NCBI RefSeq assembly: GCF_964355755.1
Contig: NC_092675.1
Coordinates: forward strand, 1,979,812 to 2,043,811
Source: Antedon mediterranea
Lineage: Eukaryota; Animalia; Echinodermata
Direction of reading: 5' to 3'
DNA: 64,000 nucleotides
Position 1 is the stretch's first letter, and each line of letters opens with the position of its first letter. The position numbers were made by a program, and so were the translations under genes. Below the pieces are notes generated by a model. The model was not told the origin of the DNA. It saw nothing but the letters and a program-made list of their open reading frames with translations, and searched no databases. Positions 1 to 35,347 of this stretch are shown here, piece after piece.

Positions 1-297
1 AAGCAAAGGGGAAACATATACTGGTATAAAAAAATTCATTTATACTTTTTGTTTAGTTTGCATTTCAAAAAAGTAATTTAATTTCTTGCATCACTAAATA
101 TCAACTCCTACCTTCCCTTCCTTTTAAAAAATAGTTTTTAAAAGAAAGCTATTGTTTATCAACCAGAAAATTTTCTTTTTTATTTTGTATACATGAAAAT
201 ATAATTAATCTTTTCCTCTACATTCCTGCTATTCATTCTCTCAAACGCTAATTTTACACATGAGTAACCCATGAGACAGAAGGTTGTGTAGTGTTTG

Positions 298-705
298 TAT
301 AATGGGAGTATCTTTAAAATTCCCCTTGCCATGGTTTTGTTTTCATATTTTATTATTATTATAGATGCTTTGATTTGTTATGCTTGCTTGAATATATTTT
401 TAATTTGTAAATGGTATAAAAATAGTATCAAAACCCAAACTTTGATGAGTTTACATATAGTGTGTGTATTTGTAAAATTACTTACCATTATTTGTTTTAT
501 ATAATGGGAGTAGCTTTAAAATTCCCTTGACGTATTTTTGTTTTAATATTGTATTATTATTTATATGCTTTGATTTATTATGCTTGCTTGAATATATTTT
601 TTATTTTTAAATGGTATAAAAATACTAAAAACTGGTTTATAAATATCAAAACCGAAAGTTTGAAAAATGAAGAGTACATAGTGGGATTATCTGTAAAATT
701 CCCTG
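298..705 (+). repeat. Degenerate ~200-bp tandem duplication
   Basis: tataatgggagta.ctttaaaattccc and tatgcttgcttgaatatattttt repeat at ~298 and ~500. Confidence 0.7.
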
Positions 706-1800
706 ACTTCTTTGTTTATTGTATCTACTATTGATTTCAATTATGTTATACTTTAAACTGTTTCAATAGATTTTTTTTTACTGAATTAAAAATAATAAAA
801 AAAACAAAAGGTTGAAATGAAGTTTAAAAAAAAAAAAAACCCCAAAAACAGAAATAAAAATATAGAAAAAACTATAAAAAGTAAATAAATATAAATATAT
901 AATATTCTAAATCCAAAGGCAAATTACTGAAAAAATGACAATACTGTGGGTGAGTGTTATATATCCATTAAAGTGTAGAACTTAAAGCAAACATTTTAAA
1001 TTATTATAACATTTTTAATTGTTATAATAATGTTAATTAATACTTCAGGTTACAAAAACTAACAATGGGAGAAAAATATCGCTTAATATTTGAGTTAATA
1101 CAAACAGTAATAGAGAGTTTGTGGTTAATATAAATTATATCTTTTTTATACTACAAACGGAAAACCATCTTGGTTTTATATTTAGCCTCAGAGGATGTGG
1201 TTTCCAAAACCAAATCCATAAATCTTTCCCAAAAAGGATGAAGAACAAGCCTTAATAATTTCATTTCCTGAAGAAAAAGGGAGATTAAATCCGTGATAAA
1301 TCCTTCGGAAAGGAAACAATACCTTCTTTATTTACAGGCTAGGGGCATTTTTAAGATATTTTAAAATCTTAATTGTTATTCTATTTGAATTGGTTAATTC
1401 AATGCACATTTATTTTTAGTTTATTGTTAAAACAAATCAGAAAAAAATTACAAGCAATTAGTACTTTATGTAATATGAAACACTTTATAAGAATTATAGT
1501 TTTATAACAATTATAATTATTGGGCATTTTAATTGATATTGTGTATTGCATTTCAAGCATCATAACTTTTGTTTTTTTTAGGGTATATAATATACTGTAG
1601 ATTAAGCAAATATAATGTCTCAACAATGTAAGTTGGATTGGTGGATATGCTTGCCTTCAGTACCACGATTTCCTAACAAAGACTCAGTCTCAGTGAAAAA
1701 AAAGCTGGCCTAGTTTTTTAAAGGTTTGCATTGAAAAGAAAGTAATTCCTGAAAATAAAAGGTTTGTGGTACATTGAGTATTTCCTGGAAATCAAGTACC

Positions 1801-1919
1801 GTAATGTGAAGTTAAGAATGTCTCAAGATGTTTCGGTTGTTGTACAAACATTAGTACACTATTAGATAGGTGGTACAAAACCAAAACGTTCCAGACATTC
1901 TCAACTCTACTATCATTAC
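1801..1919. repeat. Short imperfect palindrome, probable old MITE
   Basis: gtaatg..agttaagaatgtct ... agacattctcaact..cattac. Confidence 0.5.
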
Positions 1920-1930
1920 TTCCCTTCTAA

Positions 1931-2075
1931 ATCTCTGTCTACACTATCAAACTGTATGTGACAACAAAACATGATGTGTCCATATATGGACATGATGATG
2001 TCATATCACTACCATATTTGGGTATATCACTACCATATTTGGGTATATCACTAGTTTGATAGTGTAGAAAGAGCT
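1931..2075. mobile_element. Harbinger-like MITE family A, copy with 2 internal 21-bp units
   Basis: TIR ctctgtctacactatcaaact / agtttgatagtgtagaaagagct; TAA on both sides. Confidence 0.8.
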
Positions 2076-2166
2076 TAAGAATACAATGGTGTTCGTTATT
2101 ATACTCATGGTAAGATTTAAAACATTGTTAAAATGTGTATAAATGATCCACACAGTGTACACATAC

Positions 2167-25147
<22,981 letters not shown>

Positions 25148-25487
25148 GATGATCAGATCTAAAAAGTAACGAATAGAATATTCATAATTAAAAATTACGT
25201 TGAAAATATACTTAAAATAATAACACTTATTTTGGGACACCCCCTATTCAGGTAAAATCACTAATATAATGTACTTAATATTTAAAACGAATAATAGTAA
25301 TTGGCCTATGTTTCGCGCCATTTATAGATATTTTCGCGCCATCATGCCCAAATCAATGTGCATGTTTAGTACAATGACGCAGTTATTAAATTAAATTTAA
25401 AATTGTTCCCGATAATATTTATATAACTGTATGATTTCAATAATTTCAATAAATACAAAATTATAATATTTCAATATGGACACTTAC

Positions 25488-25810
25488 TTTGTAAAATGGC
25501 ACTGGATAACGAAAACAAAATCTCTCAAAACACCAGAGAAAAACAAATTTTTCCGATAACGACGAATCACAGAAAAGTTGAGTTACAGTCTCTTATATAA
25601 AACAATTACGGTGTACGGAATAATAGAAATATATAATTATATAATATTTCTCAGCGAACAGCAGCTCGATATACGCCTATGTTTACAAACACAACGACTT
25701 GTTATGATTTTGTTGTCCGGTTTGCGTAAATCGTAGTAAAAAATGCTTGTTCATTATATTCTATATAGCCAATCAGATCAATGAGTCTTTATGACGTCAC
25801 AGCCACAGCC
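25488..25810 (-). promoter_or_regulatory. Probable non-coding first exon and promoter of the FU/SRCR gene
   Basis: Minus-strand donor gtaagtg at 25481-25487; CCAAT box (agccaatcag, ~25767) and a palindromic CRE TGACGTCA (~25792) upstream. Confidence 0.4.
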
Positions 25811-27892
25811 GTTCATTCATTAATTACGCTACCTCAAATGACAGTGGTTCATAAAATTATCTAATTAAAATAATCCGTGGAACATTATAATACGATTAAA
25901 TATTGATCATTCATTCATAATATTAAGAGATGAGATTCCCGTGTCATCATCATAATCATCATGATGATTTTTAAATGTATTATGAACTGTATATTGATTT
26001 TAATGTTATGTAGGTAAGTTCTTCTGGGGCCCCAGAAATTTTATATGGTGACTCTGTTGCTTTTGGGGTCCCAGGACATGATGTCTAATAAATAAATGAA
26101 ATGAAATGAAATAAAAAAATCAAATTAATTAAAATTAGTATATCTCTTTTAGCAAAGAACTTTTATTGATTACCGATATTTGTTATAGATTTAAAACATC
26201 ATGATCACACACCAACAGATATTTTGTATTTATGTTGATTATTATTATTATTATTATAATGGCGGACATACTGAATAAACATCCATGTTAATCGTTCATA
26301 TGGCGAGCGTGTTTTCCCAAGAAAACATGTTAACTATTAGAGGCATAAACAGCATTCCATAATGTTACTATTGGTAATAGACATACTCTTATGTGATACA
26401 AAATACAGTAGTGTCATAGATAGTCTTTTAACAAGGAAGAAAACATTTTTCTTCCCCGTTGAAGTAGACATGACAAACCGGAGATCTAAAATGTTGACTG
26501 CGTAAAGAACTCTAGAGGGCACCATTACAGGTCCCGTAAACATTAGAATCAAGGTTTGTAATTTCATATACAAGTTTCGACAAAAAACTGACGTCAAATG
26601 ATGCATGCATGTTTAATTTAATATTTGAGAACATTTTAAAAACAATTTGTAATTTATTTTTTGACTGAATTAAATTTGTAAAGTTTATGTATATTCAAAC
26701 TATCTAGTTTATTGAACATGTGAATATTACCTGTCCAACATTGGTACATTTGCATAATTCCTCAACACAGTCCTTATTGGTAGATTTGAATTTATTGCGT
26801 TCACATATTGTATGGTTTACTGGATTTGATGTCAGAAGTGGTGAGAAGGTGGATATACAAAAGTCGTACAGTCTATCTGGTTATGCATAAGAAACATTTC
26901 TTGGGAAGCGCTTACCATTTCGTAAAAGTTTGACAATGTCAAATACATCTGGCGTCGACATTTTACAGGTCTGTTGTGTCTAAGGGATCTGAAAAAAATA
27001 TATATATGACTGTGATACACACATTATGTAACAGAAAAAATGGCATAACAAAATGAAAGACAATGTGAAAAAAAGGATAACTTTGCAATACTTTAAACTT
27101 CTGCTGCTTTTTGTATAGGCCTATATATGTTTTTTATACCGAAATAAAATAAAATAAATTACAAAAGGATGACTTTCATAAACTACAAACTGAGTAATAA
27201 ACAATACTATTACTAGCCCAGTGAATATGTATCCATAACAGAAACTCCTTGATATTTGTAAAACTGGTTGGGGGTACTGGTATAGAATATGAGCACCCGC
27301 CTTTCATATCTTCAGATGCACTACCTGTACCGTAATATTGCGGTTGCATTGTCAGAATATTGTGTTTCTTCGGGTCCATAGAAAACATACAATAAATTGA
27401 TGTCTTAGCATTTGTTGTTAACACGAAATCGTAACTATAAGAGAAAGAAGAACCAACTTAACATGATTAATTTTATTGTAATATAGTACTGTGATGGCGC
27501 TAGTTACACTCCGTTATGCTCGAGTAATTAATGAAATGACGTAATGCATAAACGGGTATAAATAGTGAGTAGATGCGAATACGAGAGTCCGGTTTATACA
27601 GCTCAAAAGAACATCGAACTCAAATGTTATTAAACAAAAATCAAATATTCAATTTACCAATCAAGGAAGAGAAAACGAAGTCTGCCCAGAACACACTGTA
27701 TTACTGGCTCTAGCCTACATCTCACATCAACTTCGTGTTGACCAATCATCATTCAGTATACTTTTAAACAAGTAGGCCTACTGAACGTTAATTAATTCCA
27801 TTGCTAACACTATACAGTAGCTTCATTGTTTTTTAATCGGTATTCTTTCCTAGACCAATGTATATAAGAGGCATATTATAATAGATTACGTA

Positions 27893-28054
27893 CAGTGACG
27901 TAACGCAGTGGTCGGATGCCCCTGGTTTATGAACCTAAGAGACCTCATGCGTTTTTAGCCCTCTTCGACATATTTTAATATCTTTTTTACCTCTGAGCAC
28001 TGCTCATGGGCCCCTGTGTTTAGCTAGTGAGAGCTCATAGCCGTTACGCCACTG
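27893..28054. mobile_element. hAT-type MITE
   Basis: TIR cagtgacgtaacg / cgttacgccactg; perfect 8-bp TSD ATTACGTA at 27885-27892 and 28055-28062. Confidence 0.88.
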
Positions 28055-29002
28055 ATTACGTATCAATCATGGGTATTGATCAGTCAATATTGATCTTTCT
28101 CTTTGGTGTATTGTTATCGTGGAAACTGTTACCAAATGCTGTACTTTCACCCCGATCACAGTGTTTGTAGATCATTTTGTAGTTTTATAACCATGCAACT
28201 ATATAAGGGTGCAGTCATTGTATGTGGCCTCATATATATCATTATAATATTTCCTACAGGTACGTGATAGTAGTAGTAATAGTAATTAAACAAAACAAAA
28301 ACATGTAGCTTTCGTACGATCGTAGGCATTAGATAATATAAATCGATGTAGTTATTGTATTTAAACCAACCCATTCTCGTCGGTGCGATAGTCATTGATA
28401 TTAAACAGTGTCTGAGGACAACAAGCCCAACCATATCACATACAATACCACCAAATACGATACCCATTGTACATGTTTGTGATTTGGAAGCATATATATA
28501 GGCATTTTTTTTATAAACTAGTTAAAGCTTAGTAGTAAACTTCGAATAACGGCCTGAAAATGTTAGGACACCCGATTGTGGACCTAATCAAAATGTTAAT
28601 TTGAGTCTGCTGGTTTGCTAATATTGTACTGAATTTTTTGAAAATCCAAATACTTTTAAATTCTGCCGTTTAATGTCATCACAGGATCCAATAATTATTG
28701 ATAATCTATCTAAATATATTTATCATGCTTATAAGTTAAGATATATGTTTTGCTTAGAGAACAAAATTAATTAATTCATTTATCTTGTGACCATAAATTG
28801 CTTTATTTTTCAATGTAATTATTATTTTGTTAATTACTAGGGGCCAGAGGCCTAAAGTAAATAAAGTCAGGCGATAAGCCTGAATGAATGAATGAATGAA
28901 TGAATTTGAATTGATATACACGACGCATATGAGGTTCTCTTATGATTCTTTTGTTTAAACTACATTAATAATAATTTATTTGGAAGCTACACTTTTGAAA
29001 CA

Positions 29003-31291
29003 ATGGCACAGTTCAAGTGTAAGTAAAATAAAAGTTGAAAACAAATGATTTAACAATAACCCTATTTACAAGGAAACTAAAACTAAATTATGTAAAAAAT
29101 ATTTATTAAAAAAAATTACATTAACATTAATATTTTTAAATTTTGTTTCACCAGTATCAAGTGAACTTTGTGAACAGTACTACGATATCGATGGTAACTA
29201 TAGACCAGGTTTGAATTGTACAAGCCATCTTGAAGGTCCATATTGTTGCGGTACACAATACAACAGAACGTGTTGTACAAATCAAAAACATTCGATTTAC
29301 TGGCCTAACAATAAACTCCACAGTATTGGCCAGTCCTTTAATATCAGGTAATTCATTTATATCACTAACTAACAGTGAACATTGATCCTTATAAAAAATA
29401 ATTGTTGATTATGGTGAGGATTTTCCAAATGCTCAATGGTTGTTATCAGTTAATTATAGCAATTAAGATAATATCATAAAGTATACAAGTAATGAATTAT
29501 ATGGATTAGATGGTGAAAATATTTTATGAGTTGAAATATTTAACGAATGGAACATTCTTTCTATTCAGCGAATGGAACATTCTTTCTATTCAACGAATGG
29601 AACATTCTTTCTATTTAACAAATGGAACATTCTTTCTATTAAAAAAACGGAACATTTTTTCCATTAAAAAAACGGAAAATTCTTCCTATATATTCAACAA
29701 ATGGAACATTATTTCTATTCAACGAATACAAAACATTCATTATTTGTTTTTATAACACACCTGCAGTGAATTATGTCATGTCTGTATTGGGCTAGGCCTA
29801 ACCTAGATTCTACAATGGATGAATTTTTCCTCCATGATTCTACACAGACGATAGCGATACAAAAGGTTGCGAGAGAGAGAAATTGATCTAATTCTGTTTT
29901 TCCAACGATTACATTTCTTCTATTGTTTTCTAACGAAATTATAATATTGAATTGTTTTTTATTTCAGCGCTGCAACTGTATTCTTTATTACTTTCTTTTG
30001 CCTCGTTTTAATATTTACCATGTCTATCACATGTTGCTGCTTTCGGTGTTGCCAAGACGATTTGCCACGATATAGTATACATGCCGATGATATAGATACT
30101 GGTAGGTTTACTTTTATTTGCTAATTATACCGACTGCTTAATACCGGTAAAGGTCTTCATTAACAATTCAAATTATACCTTACATTAAATGCAAGTCCAC
30201 GTGCAATTACAATTTCCTTTTATTCCTTTGCGTTGTCGCCAATTTTGATAAAAATGTACAACGCAAATATAACCTGACATTTAAATTAATTCTTTTTACA
30301 AAAAGTTTCGACATATCTCTTTTTACTTGTATGAATGCTAAAGGGTGATTTGCAATCTCTCAATTACCGCGACGTTTTGACATTCTTTGAACTGTGTTTC
30401 GTCCAAATTGAAATGTTGAAAACATATCGGCGGTGTTACCCGTTAGAATTGTAGTCCGAAAGTGTCTATAAACTAATACGGAAAACATATAAATAATTAT
30501 GGTAACAGAGTTGTTATTTTTTTCCTTAATTGATTATGTAAGCAACGTTTCTACCGCTTTATGTGACAAAAAATGTGATGTGCCCATATATGGACATGGT
30601 GATGTCATATCACTACCATACTTGGGCATATCACTACCATATTTTGGCACATCACACGTTTTGGTCTACTAGCGTTCCTGCTTCCAGTTTTAGAGACGGT
30701 TCGTCATTTCACTATTAAATAATATGCTGCCCTCTAAAACAGTGTTGTAATGATTCTCCAAGATTTCAGGATAAATTGAAGAAGAGCCATTTAAAAATGT
30801 ATTTAGCACTTATTTTATATTTACCTTTGACCTTTGGAATGTATTTACCTGTAGGATAATGGATTAATGAAACATCAACAGTATATGTTTACATCTAAAG
30901 ACAACCTCAGACAGCGTCGTCGATAGAAAATTAAACATGTTTAAAGTTCTCCCAACGACCTAAAAACTACGCCTCGTACGATGCTGAGTTAGCCTTACTA
31001 ATAAAACTACGGTCAGGTGACACTTGCCTAATCTCCATTCATTTTCCTATTTCAGATTCAGATGATGAAAATCTAGCAAGTGGAGGTTTTGATTGGGATG
31101 ACTCAGCACACAACTCTTTAAAATCATTTGTCGATGATGAAAATGATACAAAAAATGACAAAAACCAAGAAAACATTGATAGCAATGAAGATACTGAAAA
31201 TGCTACTGAACTCGACCCGCTAAATAGACAAACTCAACGACAAGATGACTTAAGATCAAGTGAGACTAACAAATCCGAAGGGACCTGTTGA
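29003..31291 (+). CDS. Shisa-like single-pass membrane protein (4 exons; first exon uncertain)
   Basis: Exons 29003-29018(?), 29155-29347, 29968-30101, 31056-31291 are phase-consistent. Ectodomain ELCEQYYDIDGNYRPGLNC...YCCGTQYNRTCC, TM AATVFFITFFCLVLIFTMSIT, juxtamembrane CCCFRCC, acidic tail ending SEGTC-stop. Confidence 0.8.
29542..29727 (+). repeat. 25-bp minisatellite, ~7 copies
   Basis: Unit aacgaatggaacattctttctattc, degrading rightwards; lies in a Shisa-like intron. Confidence 0.85.
30558..30660. mobile_element. MITE family A, internal fragment
   Basis: tatgtgacaaaaaatgtgatgtgcccatatatggacat plus two 21-bp units; no TIRs. Confidence 0.7.
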
Positions 31292-31655
31292 TCATCAAAG
31301 ACTTATAGCAAATATTGGCATCAATTTAAGTATTATTAAAAACGTACATACATGGAACAAACATGGAAACTTGTAATGTCTACAATGTATTTTGAGGCTT
31401 CGTTCTTCTAACGCGTTAGCAGAGTTTTAGTAACGACAAACAGAGGATTTAAATTCAAATGAAACTAACGAAACTGAACCTGTTGAATCATAAAACTACA
31501 AGGAATAATTTTTTGAAAAAACACATTTGACATAACTTGAAATTGTAATTATATTAATTTTAATCATACATAATTGACACGTGATATACGTACAATCTTC
31601 ATATAGGCCCACGAGGCGTCGTTGGCAGAGTATAGAGAGATATGGGACAGTTTAA

Positions 31656-32737
31656 AATGGACCTGAAATGGAATTTCACACATGTTATTTAAATGTATCA
31701 AATTAACACAAACCCCTACAAATAAAAACAAAATGTATAGTATTTTGAGTAAAAACGAAATTTTAAGATACCATGGTAAATTAGCGAAAATTACTCACGC
31801 CATTGCAATATTCTATTTCAACGGCCGTCGGAAGCCTCTATATTCACGACGTCACATATACACACGGTGATATCGAGAGCGTGTATGCCGCCCGATAGTC
31901 AGTGAATGATCGACGGCCTGGAAAGATACGCGAAGCGTTGACACTAATACTAATTTATCGTTTTATTTGTTCTAAAACCCGAATTTAGAAGGCCTAGTAC
32001 CTCCCAAACCTTTACTAGGCCTAGGCCCCCCAATCCAGCGCGCGGAGTCGATCCACCACCTACATCATGCGGCGAGGCTCCGTTTCATGTGCATCCAAGG
32101 ACCAAAGCGATATCAACAAGTTGCTGCGCTCATTGTCAAGCCAAAGTAAAATATGAATAAAATTCGGTCGTTTTCGAACTGCCTGATTCGTGACAAATAA
32201 ATTATCATCTCATATTACTAATTTAATTCTGCTAAACTAAAAACTAAAGAAACTAACACATTTTAGCAGTATAAATTACGAACGATATACAAAATACACG
32301 AACGGAAAATATGGATACGCATCATTGCGCACGGAGCTGTATCCCTGACAACGTTGCCAGGCCAACTTCGGTATTGCCAGAAAAAAACCGTTGATTTTAA
32401 GATTTTAAATCGTCATTTACTCGATGAATAACCGTTTATACGGTAATAATTTTATCTAAAAAAATTCTAAATACGTTTCTGCAAATGCACAAGCATTTTT
32501 TAGAAAATACTCCATAGATTTCAAGAGTTATAGCCAAAAAACTGCAAATTGTCCATTGGAGGGATAGGAATATATTCGCAAAGTGACGTCACCCACGAAT
32601 TTTTTTGATTTTCAAATGGGGCTTTCCTCAAAAGGGCCAATTTATATTTTGTAACAATATACATTCTAGCAACACCCAATAGCCCCCAAAACATCATTCT
32701 AAAATGAAAAAAATCGAAAATCCATTTCAGGTCCATT
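31656..32737. mobile_element. Non-autonomous TTAA-targeting DNA transposon (Kolobok-like)
   Basis: TIR aatggacctgaaatgga / tccatttcaggtccatt; TTAA on both sides; purine-purine 5' end; no ORF. Confidence 0.8.
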
Positions 32738-33407
32738 TTAAATGCTCATAAGAATTGTATTTCCGATGTTTCGTCCTGACCTTAGGCTGATGTTAAAATA
32801 TAATCAGAAATCATGAAAGTACCAAGTCCAAGAATATCACTTAAAAGCTGAGGAAAAACACTCAAAAAGACACGTATTTATAAGATTTTGCCATTGTTGT
32901 AGAATTACTTTGGTTTTTAGTTAGGGCCTACAGCATAAAGTTTTATACTCTTTCGCGCCCAAAACCCATTACAATTCAATGTTGTTATAGATTGCTTAAC
33001 ATTTAAATTAATACTAAATACTTTACAGAAGAAGTAGTCATGCAAAATATCATGCTAATTATTTTATATTAATCTTAGCTTTTGAAGTTTCATGAGAGAA
33101 ATAGTGAACAGACGTCTACCTTCGAACTGGTTAGGCATAATATGATCATAACCGGGCGCTAATTACTGTGCTTGTTTATTTCTAATGCGGCGAGTTAAAT
33201 TTTCAAAAAGTGTTGTTCAATTAATATTTTACAAACAATTTACTCAACTTACTATATGGCAGAGTTTGTGAGTAGTAAAGAAAATAACGGAACATCTGTG
33301 TAGGAGCTAGGCCCAATCTGTATTTTAAAACTCTACCGGTAGTAACCGCATACCATAGGGATATGCTCTGCAATCTGGGCCTAGCCAGTTTTAGCGACGA
33401 CATCATC

Positions 33408-33706
33408 ACGGTTCGTTATTTCCCTATTGAATAATATGCTGCCCTCTAAAAAACTGTTGTAATAATTCTAAACGCCAAGATTTCAGGATAAATTCAAGGA
33501 CACAATAAGAGTCATTAAAAAAATGTATTTAGCACTTATTTTATATTGACTTTTGACATTTGGAATGTATTTACCTGTAGGATAATGGGTTAATGAAACA
33601 TCAAAAGCATACGATAAACAACTCAAGTTCAACTGTAAGTAGGTTACATCTAATAAAACTTATAAGGTTACTGGTGACACTGGCCTGATTTCCATTCATT
33701 TTCCTA
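33408..33706 (+). repeat. Diverged duplicate of ~30697-31049
   Basis: Shared aatatgctgccctctaaaa, gatttcaggataaatt, tttacctgtaggataatgg, ggtgacact..tccattcattttccta. Confidence 0.8.
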
Positions 33707-34459
33707 AATAGTCAATAATCCTTAGGTACTTTCTAGAAATGTATGTAAATATTTTAACTTAATAACCTCCTGTCGTGTATAAAATGTTCTTTGCTTTACA
33801 TTATTTAAACAAGTGTAAATAAGTTTTACGGGGAAACGATCCAGATTACAGCATTTAGTAAACTCTCTCTCTCTGTGTCACAAATAAAGCACTATTATCC
33901 ACTTCCTTAGAATGGCGTCACAAATTTATACAATTGTCAATGTTTCTGGATTAATTAATTCATTATTTATTACTTTATGTGCGTGTTGTATTTGTTCAAT
34001 CGACGGCCTTTCTTCATGCTTTTCAGAAGTGATGACGTAATAACAACTTATCGTGTGCTAATATGAATTTGGTGAAAATTAGAGTTTCGACACAGAACCG
34101 TCATACGTATTTTAATTAATAATTTGCTTTAGACAAAATATAATTAATAGTTCAAGATTTCTATAGAGGTGCAACGACTAAAACAGTCAAATATGTTTGA
34201 AACGAGTTTAATTGCGTCATTTCAAAGATAAATGTTCCTGTCTTACATAAAACGCTTCCAGTTTTATAATCAATCAAGTGATGACGCCTTTAACACTAAG
34301 ATTAGAAGTCAGCGGGACTAAGCTCTTATGACATATATAATAGTTTACATAGAAAACGGCAGAAAGATGTAAGCCCTGAGCTAAATAGCAGAAACAGGAT
34401 AACGTTGACCCTATAAACCTCACGTCTGCAGTAATACATGTAGTCATATATTACACTTA

Positions 34460-35347
34460 GGGCCTGTTTCTGCTGAGCAGAAATAATCGATTATTAACCG
34501 TTTATTTTTTTAATCGATTATTTTTGGGCAGCAGAAACGGCGCAAAATAAAATAACCGATTAAAAATAACCGATTAAAAACACTCAATCCATTGCGTGTT
34601 TTAATCGATTATTTCTTGTTTTAACCGATTATTGCGGAGCAGTTTTGAGCTGCAACACAAATAGCGATTATTGACCTCACTTTGACCTCTAGAGTATGAC
34701 AAACTTATTCACGTCACAAAGCATGCTGTTTATTTGCGCGATATCGACGACGATCTGCAAAACCACGATCGCGATGTAGACCGAATAAAAATCAAATGTT
34801 AAACATTTGATTTTTATTATTTTGTGGGGGAGAATTATACCGAGAGACTCCGGGATTCTGTGTTACAAGTACACCCGTTACATACCACCAGTTCAGGCTA
34901 ACGATGTTTTACATGTCATTTGTTAGTAGGCCTGTTGTCTGTTGACTTGTTTCGGTAGAAATATAATAGCCTCTAGGCCTAGCAGGCCGAAGGTAGAACC
35001 AACGAACGGCGAAACGAACCTTTTTCGCCGACGTGTCCTTATTAATATAACATCATCGGTAGTAGGCCTAGATGTTTATTTTAGAAATAATAAAGCTTTA
35101 CGTAAGAGTAATTTTTAATCCTACATGTGAGAGTTTTAGGCAGCGATAGGATGTAAACAAACCAACTCTCATCGGCCTTTCATAACTTGAACTGCGCTGT
35201 GGGGGAATGATGACGTGATTTTAAAAACCGATTACCTGAATAACCGATTAAAGTCGTAGCAATTTTCAATTGCAACGCGATTATTTTTGTGGTTTGCGGT
35301 GACTGGAAAAAATCGATTATTTTGATTTTTTCAGCAGAAACAGACCC
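34460..35347. mobile_element. Non-autonomous PIF/Harbinger-type DNA transposon
   Basis: TIR gggcctgtttctgctga / tcagcagaaacagaccc; TTA TSD; many subterminal AAYCGATTA motifs. Confidence 0.85.

Noticed and set aside
295-1626. Short hydrophobic ORFs in AT-rich DNA (and many similar 60-100 aa ORFs across the window)
   Set aside because: F/I/L/Y/K bias reflects AT content; no splice or domain support.
32764-32795. Minus-strand GGACGAAAC hammerhead-like half
   Set aside because: No CUGANGA box upstream.
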